Source: Trypanosoma brucei (taxonomy: Eukaryota). Taken from it: a stretch of DNA of 64,000 bases. Positions 1 through 10,507 of the stretch are shown piece by piece. How positions within the stretch are numbered: position 1 is the stretch's first letter; the number at the start of each line of letters is the position of its first letter. The DNA lies in assembly GCA_000002445.1 (NCBI GenBank), contig CP000070.1, positions 1,024,001-1,088,000 of the forward strand, written 5' to 3'. The translations under genes and the position numbers were made by a program. The notes under the pieces were generated by a model. The model had not been told where the DNA came from. It worked only from the letters and a program-made list of their open reading frames with translations, and did not search any database.

Positions 1-200
1 CACGCTTTTCTTTCTCTTCCCCTTCCACGTGGCGCACGTTATTGTCTTCACCCCCTAGTCAAGTAGGGCTCAAAACGGGGGGATTTCTGTAGTATATATA
101 TTTCATCTTGACCACCGGCGAAGACTTGCCTCAACAGCACTGTGGATTAAAAAGAAATTTCTAGAGAAGGAACGCCGTCACATTTTTGCTGTGATAAACG

Positions 201-1163
201 ATGACCGAGGGGCGTTTTGAAACTATTCATAATCTCAGACCCAAAAATTGGGACGGCCGCCGTCACTGGACGAATTGGCATCACCTTTATGACTGTGAGA
301 AGGATCACTTAGCGCGGGAGAGCTGTCCGTTCCACGATCTTCGTTCTGGTGGCCAGTTTCAGTATGAAAATTGGGGAGGGGGTGAATTCAAACCGTTAAT
401 ACCGCCTAATCACCTAAACAATCGGCCATGTGGCGACCGAATGGACTTCTCGAAGGGACACGGGACACAAATCGGTGGACTTGGGGATATCCCACTTGAT
501 GTTGAAGGAGGCAAACCGACGCAACACAACAAGCATCCAGGAAAAACTGTAATGTTTACGAGGAAGGACCCTCTTAAACGTGGCTTGTTTAGTAGTTACC
601 CTTACATACCGGAAGCATCCACGGGGGCAGCGTCTGCTGGTGGACCAGCCGGTCCAAACATCAAGACGGGAAAGGTTAACGTCTTTGGTCAGGCACCGGA
701 GTGGATAGCAGATCCATATGACGGGAAGACTGACCGTGGTCGCATTTTCCACTTCAAGGCAGGGCCGCTAAATTACAGACCTGACGACAGATTGGCGTGG
801 ATGCCTGAAGGGGAGCCGGAGAGGCGGAAAAAGCGAATCCACGGCGTTTTCCGTGCTGGAAAACCTTGTGGTATTATCAACGATGTAGAGTGGGTACCGG
901 ACCCACTGCAAGAGGCGAAAGTGAAGAAGCAAGTGCGACCCTTCCGGACGTGGCACACACGAACGAAATGGTCTATGCCAACACATGCACCGTGGTCAAC
1001 AGGCAAAATAACAGCTGAACCGTTTCGTGGTCCTAACTTGAATATCACACAGTCTGGTTTGCCATGTTTGGATACTTTCAAAAGAGTTAACATGACACAA
1101 ACCATCGGCAAAGAGGCGGCGCTCGCGCCCGTGGAGTTGCCGGGGCCCGCAAGGCTCAAATAA
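201..1163 (+). CDS. hypothetical protein (320 aa), no recognisable domain
   Basis: Uninterrupted 963-nt ORF on the coding strand shared by all other genes. Not low-complexity. Upstream region 60-200 is typical UTR-like sequence. No motif I can assign. Confidence 0.5.
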   Translation: MTEGRFETIHNLRPKNWDGRRHWTNWHHLYDCEKDHLARESCPFHDLRSGGQFQYENWGGGEFKPLIPPNHLNNRPCGDRMDFSKGHGTQIGGLGDIPLDVEGGKPTQHNKHPGKTVMFTRKDPLKRGLFSSYPYIPEASTGAASAGGPAGPNIKTGKVNVFGQAPEWIADPYDGKTDRGRIFHFKAGPLNYRPDDRLAWMPEGEPERRKKRIHGVFRAGKPCGIINDVEWVPDPLQEAKVKKQVRPFRTWHTRTKWSMPTHAPWSTGKITAEPFRGPNLNITQSGLPCLDTFKRVNMTQTIGKEAALAPVELPGPARLK

Positions 1164-1766
1164 GTTGTAGAGATGTATTAGATTCTTCACTGGCAGCGGT
1201 CACTGACGAAGATTTGTGTCTACTGGCACTCACAAGCATGTAAGTTTGTGCTATCAATAGGCGCTTTGGAAGCTTTGGGCGATTTTAACACCTAGCATGA
1301 TTGTTTTGCCGGGATGCTGAGTTTGCTCATCTGCTCTTCCATGTTGTTTCGTAGCTTTCTGTAATGCAGTGCCAGCTTTATTAACGAGGAAACGCGCGGC
1401 AGGTTATATTGCGGTGTCGAGAAAATTTCTTTAAAATCCTATTGCGCTTTCCTGTTAATATTTCTTCGGCCTCATTTGAGAGTACGTACCGGGGGAAAAA
1501 TACAACATTTGGCTCTTGGTACTTGCTCCGGATGATGCTGTGGACTTCACTCTTTTTCTGGGTTGGTATTTGATGTACAGGCATGCAGCCGCTGCGTTAC
1601 TATCACTTCGAGAAGGTCTGCGTTTTTTTCTGTCATGCCGTTAGTTTGTTGGATCCCATCGTGTACACGAGCAAGCATATGTATCCTTGAGCATAAGTAT
1701 ATACTGATGGTCGTCATCATTTTTGTGTTTTTGCATCCACACGTTTTTTTTAAATAATGACTTCAC

Positions 1767-4700
1767 ATGCCACTGTGGTTTATATGCGGTTTGTTCAGTG
1801 TTGACCTTGTTTTGGAGATGACTTCTCCCCGTCATTTGTTGTTCTGTGCCAAGCAAGGAAACATAAGAAGAACGTGGACCTTTCCCTCACTTTGCGCTCC
1901 CAGGTATGGGTACTCAAGGCCAGTGATGATGTTTTTTTCTCTGTGCCGTAGATGTGCCGGTGTCCTGGGGTTTATGGGAAATGAAAAACCCGTGGAGGGA
2001 CGGAGTGTGGGGGTGGTGGGCTCTGCTATCCCGAACTACGTTGGTGTGGAGCCGCCACCGTTCAAAAGGGGTGTAAGGGCATTATCAGCCGGTCCACTGA
2101 CCATTCACATGCAGAGGCGACCCTATCGGGTGACACCGACACCTGAAGAGCCTTATTCCTTACCTGCTCGGGTGCGCGAACTGACCCGGTCAAATCAATG
2201 GCAGGACGCAATTCATTTAATTTATACCTTAACACACCTGTCATCTTCTGAGCATTGTTCGGAAGCACAGGAGTGTAGTGGAAAAAAGACTGGTGTGTCT
2301 GACGTTTTTGAAATGTTTCTCTTCGAGTTTCTGCGCAGCGGCCACGTAGAGAGCGCGTTTGCCGTTTGGAGGAAATGCTCGACGAATCTTAAATTCGACC
2401 CTGGATCGGAACTTTTGATGAAGTTCGCAACTTTTTCCCTTGTCGTGGATGGAAAAACTCAGGAGTCGTTGGATCTTGCATTGATGGCGCGACAGTCGCA
2501 GAGAGAGGGGGATGCTCCCGGTGAGGACTTCGTGGAATACGGTATGTCATGGATATTGCTTTGCACCAAACTCTCGGGTACAACAAAAATTGGTGCAAGT
2601 GATGTCGCTGAAGTGCAAAATCTAGCGGAGAAGTTGTTCGTGCGCTGTTGGTTCCAACCACAACAATCATCGGGCGAGGGAGTCAATCAATTCAAGACAA
2701 GAAAACTTCGATTTATGTTGCACGGTATGGTGGCACTTGTGTCGCTGGAAGGTGGGTTAGAAGTGCTGCGGAGGCTAAGCACTAGGTACCATGGTGGCGC
2801 CAGTGATTCTGTCTTCCAGGAATTTGTTAGTCTGGCGGAAATTTTTGAGTCAGACAACCACAAGAACAAAGCTGCCCATACGTTAACGGCAGCTCCCCTG
2901 CCTTCCATGTTGATTCACCTGTTCCCTCTGCCGCTGCCGCCATCCGGGTTGGTGGTATTTCGTTATCTCTTCTGCGACGACGACGACGCACCTTCGCGAC
3001 GTGAACCGCCTCAGCCTCGTTTGCTCTCCCACAGAACTGTAGGAACCACCTTTCTGGAACGTTTGGTTGAAAACGGTTCAGTGGATTCATTTCTGCGTTC
3101 TGCAGTGGAGCACGATATTAGTGAGTCATGCCCTTCACTCCTGACGCGTGTAATGCAGTCCCAGCTCGGGGCTAATGCTCGTGTGCTACCTACAGTGTTT
3201 GGACGCCAACTCCTTCCCTCGGTGCAGAGGGCTCTTCGGAGTCGTCCAGCGGCTGGGACACTGCATTTATTGCTGCTACGTTTTCTGTCGCGTGTGCTAG
3301 GGCCTTTTCTAGGAACAAGGGCTGGCAAAGGTTCCCACATGGAATTCCCAGCTGGAGGTGGTAGTATCGCATCTAGCGCAGTTTTTTATATTGAACTTCT
3401 TGGTTGTGTCGCAGCCCTTGTCCCAACCTCCGGAATAAGAGCCTGGCATCGCTTTGTTCAACGCGTAACACGTGCTATTATTAGAGAATGTGGCAGCGTT
3501 TCTGGAGCTGCTATCCCCTCTCTATTGCAAGTGCAACTTCATACGCAATGGTTTTTGCCGGAGTTACTTACGTATGTGGACACGACCCGCGAACGTGATA
3601 TGTACTTCGCCTGTCAGCATCCGTTAATGCAGAGCCGTGAAAGAAACTGGGACCGCATTCTCTGCGCACTTATCTGGGAGTGCCATGGGAAACCGGTTTC
3701 TGCTTATGAAGGCACTGGTTCTGTCAGCTGGCACCGCCACGCTGGTGGTTTGGTGCGGTATGCAGGTGAGGAAGACCGAATACGTGCTTTTGAGGGCGCA
3801 CCTCCATTCTTCGACGTGAAGCGCTCGTTTGTACAGCGGGTTGTACGTTGGCAGTGGTTGCTAGAAAGTCTCTGGCAACTCGTTGGGTATAAAAATGGAG
3901 ACAGAAACCATTGCAGTTGGGAAGAGTTGTTGTGTGCGTGTTCCAGAATTCTGTCGAACTGTCGCAAGTATCACCGTGGTGATATTGTGAGAGATTTCGT
4001 AGACGTGCTTTTTTTACCTGCCGCTTCCTTTGTGTCTCCGCGCGGATCAGAGTGCTGTCGCAGGACCAACGTGCTCACACTGCTTTCAACATGTGCGGAC
4101 AGCGGGTGTGGGACAGCTGAGTCTGTGACCCTTGCACGGTGGTATTTTTTAAATGAGCTTTCGTTGTGGTTCACAACTCTCCATGTATCGGGAAGATTTC
4201 GTGCACTGGGTGACGTTTTGCAACCGGGGCCGGACCGCACGGCGCAGCGCTTTGCGCTGCTGCGCAATTACGTGTCTAGTGTTTCAGCAAACATAAGCAG
4301 ATCCGGCGAGGTTTGTAAGAATAAGCGGCAGCAGCTGCAGGACTTGCTGACCTACTACAACGAAGTATGCAAGAGTGATAATTCGCTTCGGACGCCGCAG
4401 CTGCTCTCTCCACTCGCTTCCGCTCTGAGGCGGGCAGACTTACTGGATTCTCTTGAGGAACTTATTAAAGTCAGCCTGTCGGAGCTGTCCGGTGGCCTTC
4501 GTGGGCGTAGCGGCACCCGAGCGGCACTAAAGAAGCTTCTTTTTTTCCACGATTTTCACCGCGGTTCTGCGGTTTGTGCTGAGTCTGGGTGTACCTCGCA
4601 TGTCACCGATGAGAACTATCATGGCGCTGCAGTGGCAGTTGCAAACATCGCGGAGGTGTACATTCTTATGCTCTTGGAACACGGCCATCTGGAAACAGTT

Positions 4701-6125
4701 GAGAAAATCTTGTTACGACCACCTGCGTCTCACTCCCTGCAGGACCCTGCGACAGAGGTAGCGTCGCCAACGCACGGGGGAGCGGACGGTTTCTTGTCAC
4801 CCCTCCAGTTTGACATAACCCTTCTCATGCCATCGACAAACCGTGAAGCAATGCAGTTGCTTTTTTTCCTGTATCTAGCGCAGGAGAAAAATGTTTCGTG
4901 TTGGCGTGTGCTTGACAAACTACCCAAGTACGGAGCGAGCGCTGCTGGCGTCGTTGCCGTAGTTGGCCGTCTGGTATCGCAGGAGAAACATCTTTTTGGT
5001 CAGTTTAGCCGTACAGCAATTCGGTTGGCGGACGGTTCTTTACACCCTAAAACTGCCGGTACCATTATCTACGGTTCGAACAGAGGGTGCATCCAAAATA
5101 AGCCTCAGATGGTGGCTACCGTTATTGGGGGGGAGAAGCGGGCCTCTAATCTAAAAGACTTAAACCACCTGATCAACAACGGTGATTGGGTACTAGCGCT
5201 GCGCAGCATACCATTTGTTCTTACAGATCCTCTGCACATCACGCGAAAGGCGTTATTGGTTTGTGAGGCAGTACCGCATGGAGCGGCTTGGGAAGGTGCT
5301 GTTAGGGTATTTGTCAGGGCGAACCATATTTGTACTGACATTTCTCACGGTGTGCATTGTATGAAGGAACACACATGTTTGTTCCCAGTTATGGGGATAC
5401 AGGAGATTGGTCGCTTGTTGACTTTACTTGCTAGCGCGAGGCGTTGGCAGGAGTCACTGCAAGTTTTTGAATCTGTTGGTTCCCATGCTGTTGATGGGTA
5501 CATGTTCGCAGAGACCTGTTTTACCCTTCGGTCAAGTGGCCACCCCGGGTTGGCCGTTGATCTCTGGGCCATGTGGCGAGCTGCGGTTGGGGATGCCGTG
5601 GCCCCTACACCACGAATGTGTGGACAGTTTTTAGCCTGCGGTGTTGTGGGTGATGTGGATGTAGCGGATGCAGCTTGTGTGATGGTGAGGGAAGCCACCA
5701 TCCCGAAGTACGGAACCTGGTCGTCAGCAAAACCGGAGCTGCCTGCCTCAGATGAGAAGTGTTCGTCTTCACCATGTGTAGTTACTATCCCAGGGACTGA
5801 ATTAGCTCTGTCTTTCGAAAGGGAGGAAGATACCGTCGCCACTTTGTTACGTGATCGATGGAACGGGAGCTGGCAGGACGCCCTCCAAATGGCCCTCGCC
5901 AGCGGGAGGTCGCGGATTATTCAAGAAGTAGCCAGAAAGTCCCCTCGTAATCACTCTATTTACAAAGCCGTGGTTGGGTGGGCTGCGAAGGAGCAGCGTC
6001 AACTTTCCGTAGCGGAGCGTTGTGCGATTGCGGGGCACTTGATTACCAATCCGGTTTCGGATGGAGGAGAGTACGACCGAGTGGGTCGTGTCCTTGAGGA
6101 GCTACTCGGTAGTGAAGACGATTAG
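1767..6125 (+). CDS. large hypothetical protein (up to 1452 aa; true start may be an internal Met near 1924, 1975 or 2110)
   Basis: 4.36-kb ORF with non-repetitive, GC-balanced coding composition. The N-terminal ~50 codons read like 5' leader, so the start is uncertain. No catalytic motif recognised. Confidence 0.6.
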   Translation: MPLWFICGLFSVDLVLEMTSPRHLLFCAKQGNIRRTWTFPSLCAPRYGYSRPVMMFFSLCRRCAGVLGFMGNEKPVEGRSVGVVGSAIPNYVGVEPPPFKRGVRALSAGPLTIHMQRRPYRVTPTPEEPYSLPARVRELTRSNQWQDAIHLIYTLTHLSSSEHCSEAQECSGKKTGVSDVFEMFLFEFLRSGHVESAFAVWRKCSTNLKFDPGSELLMKFATFSLVVDGKTQESLDLALMARQSQREGDAPGEDFVEYGMSWILLCTKLSGTTKIGASDVAEVQNLAEKLFVRCWFQPQQSSGEGVNQFKTRKLRFMLHGMVALVSLEGGLEVLRRLSTRYHGGASDSVFQEFVSLAEIFESDNHKNKAAHTLTAAPLPSMLIHLFPLPLPPSGLVVFRYLFCDDDDAPSRREPPQPRLLSHRTVGTTFLERLVENGSVDSFLRSAVEHDISESCPSLLTRVMQSQLGANARVLPTVFGRQLLPSVQRALRSRPAAGTLHLLLLRFLSRVLGPFLGTRAGKGSHMEFPAGGGSIASSAVFYIELLGCVAALVPTSGIRAWHRFVQRVTRAIIRECGSVSGAAIPSLLQVQLHTQWFLPELLTYVDTTRERDMYFACQHPLMQSRERNWDRILCALIWECHGKPVSAYEGTGSVSWHRHAGGLVRYAGEEDRIRAFEGAPPFFDVKRSFVQRVVRWQWLLESLWQLVGYKNGDRNHCSWEELLCACSRILSNCRKYHRGDIVRDFVDVLFLPAASFVSPRGSECCRRTNVLTLLSTCADSGCGTAESVTLARWYFLNELSLWFTTLHVSGRFRALGDVLQPGPDRTAQRFALLRNYVSSVSANISRSGEVCKNKRQQLQDLLTYYNEVCKSDNSLRTPQLLSPLASALRRADLLDSLEELIKVSLSELSGGLRGRSGTRAALKKLLFFHDFHRGSAVCAESGCTSHVTDENYHGAAVAVANIAEVYILMLLEHGHLETVEKILLRPPASHSLQDPATEVASPTHGGADGFLSPLQFDITLLMPSTNREAMQLLFFLYLAQEKNVSCWRVLDKLPKYGASAAGVVAVVGRLVSQEKHLFGQFSRTAIRLADGSLHPKTAGTIIYGSNRGCIQNKPQMVATVIGGEKRASNLKDLNHLINNGDWVLALRSIPFVLTDPLHITRKALLVCEAVPHGAAWEGAVRVFVRANHICTDISHGVHCMKEHTCLFPVMGIQEIGRLLTLLASARRWQESLQVFESVGSHAVDGYMFAETCFTLRSSGHPGLAVDLWAMWRAAVGDAVAPTPRMCGQFLACGVVGDVDVADAACVMVREATIPKYGTWSSAKPELPASDEKCSSSPCVVTIPGTELALSFEREEDTVATLLRDRWNGSWQDALQMALASGRSRIIQEVARKSPRNHSIYKAVVGWAAKEQRQLSVAERCAIAGHLITNPVSDGGEYDRVGRVLEELLGSEDD

Positions 6126-7277
6126 AACCTGTGGTGTTTGAGGCATGATGGTCTACCCCCCGCCGTGCTCCTCACCAGCCATTTCTCATTGTTCCATGTG
6201 GCGAGCCCGCTACCTTTTTGCCCCTTTCTAAGTTGTGGCTGGTTTCAATTTCCAATTATTGTAATGCGAGCCTGCTGATAACTGCTCAGGGGAGACAATA
6301 AACGCATCGGGTCATTATGCACTTCACGGATACAAACACACACACGCACACACACCTCGTTTGACTTCTTTTTTTTTCCTTTGTGCTTCAAAGTGGCGCC
6401 GTTGGTTACAACATTTTAATTCAATGTAGAGCAAGGTGTGGTGCACCAGTTGTTGAAAGAAGGACCATATCTTGTCTGTGGTGGTGCGAAGAACCGTGCT
6501 TGCAACCCTGTGATACTGGTCAATTCGCCGTGGCGCCATGGGCTGGCACCTTGCGCAAGTAAAATAACAAAACCGGACGTAATCAGCCAACCTCATCAGA
6601 ATCAGGATGCGGCGGAAGAGTTGCGCCGTCACTCCCACAATGCGGCGTTCAGCAGACTCGTTACAGAGTAGCCAATAGCCCTTATAAGGGTCCCCGTGTG
6701 CGTGCAGTTGCGCTATCGACGGCCACTCGTGCAGCAATGCGATTTTTTAATTATTCCTGCGACGAACTGTAAAGCCTCTCACCACCACGATTACTCTCAC
6801 TTTTTATCTCAACTGACCCACGACCATCTACCAATTGACCTATCACAGTGCGCGAAAAGGGTGCCTGTCCGCGGCGGGCGGAGGGTATCCAATGGAGGTG
6901 TTTTTCTTTTTGCATGCAGCACACCACACAGAGGGGTGTATTGGGTTCATACACAGACCATTTGGAGGGTATACTTCTCGTTCTGTTTGTTGCTCTCGCG
7001 CAAATAATCACAATAGCGGTTGCAACAGTCGTTATGTGTTTTTAACACCCATTATCCTTTAGGGCCCGTTAGTATTGGACGCTTTGGCACCTTGTTTGTC
7101 GCTTCTGATTGCTCTAACTTTGATGGACATTCGAGACAGCAAATCTTTTACTTATACTTCAGAGTATCGGCACAAAGGAACGGTGAGGAGCGACTGCGGC
7201 CGTACGTAGGGGAAACTTACCTTCCCGCCTCTGCATGGCGTGCCGTTTGTGTTGTTTCGAGAGCTTCGGGGTCGTGG

Positions 7278-7300
7278 ATATATATATATATATATATATT
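7278..7300. repeat. (TA)11 microsatellite
   Basis: Seen directly in the spacer between the 1452-aa gene and the carrier gene. A (GT)11 follows at 7531-7553. Confidence 0.9.
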
Positions 7301-8470
7301 TTCGTTGGGTTGGACATAAGCCTCCTTATGGTGCCTTTGAGGCTCATCATCACGCATTTTGTGGGAGTGGTCATTATGCCTCATTTTAATGACGCTCCTC
7401 GAGTCTGAAGTATGTTTTGGAGGAAAGTCCCCGTTACCATGGCCATAAGCACTACTTTTTATATGTTATTGATCACTGCAGCAGCGGGCTCCAATGTTGT
7501 GGGCTCACACAAAGCAAAACTGCCCTCCTCGTGTGTGTGTGTGTGTGTGTGTGGACGTAACTACAGCGAGATGTTCATTGTTACCGGAAAGGACATCAAT
7601 TATTGTGCGTGGTGGAGGGTTTACGGGACCTTGAACGGGTTAGTATGTGTGGCTGCTGAGTGAAATCGGTTCCCAAAGCACTTCATTTTTCCTGATTTCA
7701 TAATGTCAATAAAGTTGTGGCAGGGATGGCGTGCGTGCACGTATGGCTTGAAGCAACGGGTGGGTAGCGTTACCAACATGGGAATGGGCGAGGCTTTTTT
7801 ATTCTCGCCACTAGTGCTCATTGCATTATTGGATCCACATACATTCACTATGGCTTTTTTTTTGGAAAATATCTCACCTTCCTTCGTGGACTTTTTGGTC
7901 TCGGGGGTAGTGTTTCCGGTTGCTGTCTCCATAGCCAATAAATGATGTTCCATCTATTTTTTGTTTAAGTTTTGTTACGCTTGGCTGCTTGCACCTGCAG
8001 AAGCCCACGGGGCCTGTCTCTTAACTCACCTTTTTTTTCGGTGCGTGTGCCTGCGTGTAGAATTACTCAATTGCCACCCCATTCATTCGTTCATCAAACA
8101 TATGTGTTTGAATACATATGCGTGTGTGCTTGAAGAATCAGGTTTCTCAACCTTGTTGAGCCCGGAACGAGCACCTATCTTTGCTTCCTCTTCCTTGTTT
8201 TGGGTGGAACTCCCCCACCCTTTGGATGCTCGTTCGTCCGTTCGGTTCCACTATTTTTTTTCTTTGCATGTTTGTGCTACCGAGGGTCGAAGGGGTAAGA
8301 TAGGAAAATCTACCTGTTAGGACGGTGCCTGCGGAATATACGTGTGACAGAGAAAAGTAGCGTTGGGTGCGAACACCGAGAGAGTATCTGTCATCAATTC
8401 AGATCTCGGCGAGTAACATTTATCGAATAAGACCTGTCGTACTCGTCACTCACTCTGTGGCAGAATACAA

Positions 8471-9466
8471 ATGGATCACGATCAACTATACGACTCTCCC
8501 CAGTCTGCTAAAGACTCCCTTCTCGACATGACAGCGCTTTTGATCGTAACGTTTGCGCAGCGTGCAGTTATGGCTCCGTCGTATCGTGTAACGTTACTGG
8601 CCACCGTAGAAGGTGAGTTGGTGCGGGAAGGCCGGCTACCACCAAAGGGGTTTGGCGGAGTGTTTGGTTGCATAAAGCGTTTGTATGTCAAGGAAGGCGT
8701 AAGGTCATTTTTCCGTGGTCTTTTAACTGACGCTGTGCTCTCTCTCCCTGCGACCGTTGTTGAGAACATAAGCTCTACGTTGGTGTCTTTCGCGTTGCAG
8801 GTGGCCATCCCTGTCAGGCTCGTCGAGTCGATGAACCCGTGGACTTACTTGACTCTTTCACTCAGCTCCACATCCGCTGCAGTTTTACTCGCAACCCCTG
8901 CCACGGGCCTACACAGCACAATAGTGACGAACTACGTGGCTGACATTGTTGCACCTGTTCCCTCGGAGAAGTCCAAAAATCCTGACAAGGATGACGGTGA
9001 AAACAACAAGGAGATTAAGGAAGGCGAGAAGGGGGGTGAGGAATCGTACCGATATGCTACAGCTACGGAGGCGGTGGCGAGCATATTCCGACGGTGGGGA
9101 TTCAGCGGTTTCTATCGTTGCATCGGTGCCGATGCTATTGCAGTCTTTCTGTACAGGGGAACCTATTATTACGGGTTGCAGCTGTTACCCAGCACCCTGC
9201 ATAATCGCTTCCCTTATGGCATAAGCCGATGCCTCGCCGTCGTTGCTGGTTTCTTAACTCAACCATTTGAAGTTGTTAGTCGCCGCATGCAACTCACTGC
9301 TTCCTCCACAACGGGTCGCCGCTACAAGGGGATGCTCCACTGTGCCCGCACAATTGTTGCGGAGGAGGGATATACGGCTTTGTGGGCGGGGATGCAAGCA
9401 CGGCTACTGGTGACCTGTGTGGGTGTGGCGGTGCTGGAACTGCATCGCCATTTCTGGGCCGTTTAG
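8471..9466 (+). CDS. divergent mitochondrial carrier family (SLC25-like) protein
   Basis: 331 aa, the size of a tripartite carrier. The third repeat has the carrier signature PFEVVSRRMQ (P-x-[DE]-x-x-[KR]-x-R) at about nt 9263-9292. GFYRCIGADAIAVFLYRGTYYYGLQL and YKGMLHCARTIVAEEGYTALWAGMQARLL resemble the conserved carrier helix/loop motifs. Repeats 1-2 are degenerate. An acidic/Lys-rich insert lies at about aa 165-195. Polypyrimidine tract at 8200-8290. Confidence 0.55.
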   Translation: MDHDQLYDSPQSAKDSLLDMTALLIVTFAQRAVMAPSYRVTLLATVEGELVREGRLPPKGFGGVFGCIKRLYVKEGVRSFFRGLLTDAVLSLPATVVENISSTLVSFALQVAIPVRLVESMNPWTYLTLSLSSTSAAVLLATPATGLHSTIVTNYVADIVAPVPSEKSKNPDKDDGENNKEIKEGEKGGEESYRYATATEAVASIFRRWGFSGFYRCIGADAIAVFLYRGTYYYGLQLLPSTLHNRFPYGISRCLAVVAGFLTQPFEVVSRRMQLTASSTTGRRYKGMLHCARTIVAEEGYTALWAGMQARLLVTCVGVAVLELHRHFWAV

Positions 9467-10507
9467 AGGATGTGGTGACGAAGCGTGAAGGTGCGTGGTC
9501 AGTCTCATGGTGTGAATAAGGGGAAGAAAATGTCTTACATAACAATGGAAAGGGTAAATGGTAGGGGGGAGGGAAAGGTGAAGAGAAGGGGGGGGGTGAG
9601 GGCATGAGTTCAAGGGGCGCAACAGCAGGGGTTGAGGGTGAAACTAAGTTTTTTTGAGTGCTTGTGTGTGTGTGTGTGTGCAGCGGGTTGACAGCCGCTC
9701 TGGGCTTGGTCGATTAGTGCGTACAAGTCTTGATGCATCCGGGGGGCACTTACCGTTGTCTTACGCGCCGAAGTGGACCACCATGCATTGTATCGTCTTT
9801 ACCCCTACCCTTCTACTGTTCTGTCTGGAGCCAGGGGTAGTGGCAACACCCTTATTTGACGGAAAGTTAGGGTTGAGAGAAAATGAGTGTTTGGGAGCAA
9901 GGAAAGTGTGGGGTGCGTGCCATGTTGCAGTTGACACTCCACCCGTTGCACCTGCGCAGATCGTTATCTATCTTGGGCTCTTGCCGTTTGTTTGCCTCCT
10001 TTTGCCACTCTTCATACTGAAACAGACATGTTACTCTGCAGTTGACCCCCTCCTTCACCCGAACATAACGGTCCAGCGTGGAGGAAGTCGTGGATTAGGT
10101 TACGTTATGCCCGAGTTCATTTATTCCTTCGTTTTTTTTTCAAATTGTAGTGGCCCACTGTAGCTTCGCGCTGCACATACATCTCTTCCTCCACGGTTCA
10201 TTTCATGCTAAATTACCGACGAACTCTTTTCTTTTCTTCCGTGCCTGAACATCTTGGTCATAGTTTATGTTTGCAAACTTGTGGTCGCGTTCGTGCCTAC
10301 TGTTTTTTCTTTGGAAGTACACGACGCAGCAGAAACGAGTTAACAGACACTGGTAGCAGCAGCAGAAGTGAAGCAGATTGACTGCGGTTAATTAAGTTAA
10401 GGCAGAAACGTACGCACCTGCGGCTGGAACGCCGGAGAGCGTGCTTTTTTTGCGCATTCACAGGGCGGAGAAAGGCACAGAGCAAGGACTGTGTGTAACT
10501 GTGTTGC

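Noticed and set aside
1767-1923. N-terminal ~50 codons of the 1452-aa ORF as coding
   Set aside because: Hydrophobic and Cys-rich, leader-like sequence preceding internal Met codons. The true start is probably downstream, so I did not treat it as a signal peptide or TM domain.
5060-5085. tRNA B-box-like GGTTCGAAC
   Set aside because: Embedded in the 1452-aa CDS with no matching A-box or cloverleaf context. Chance match.
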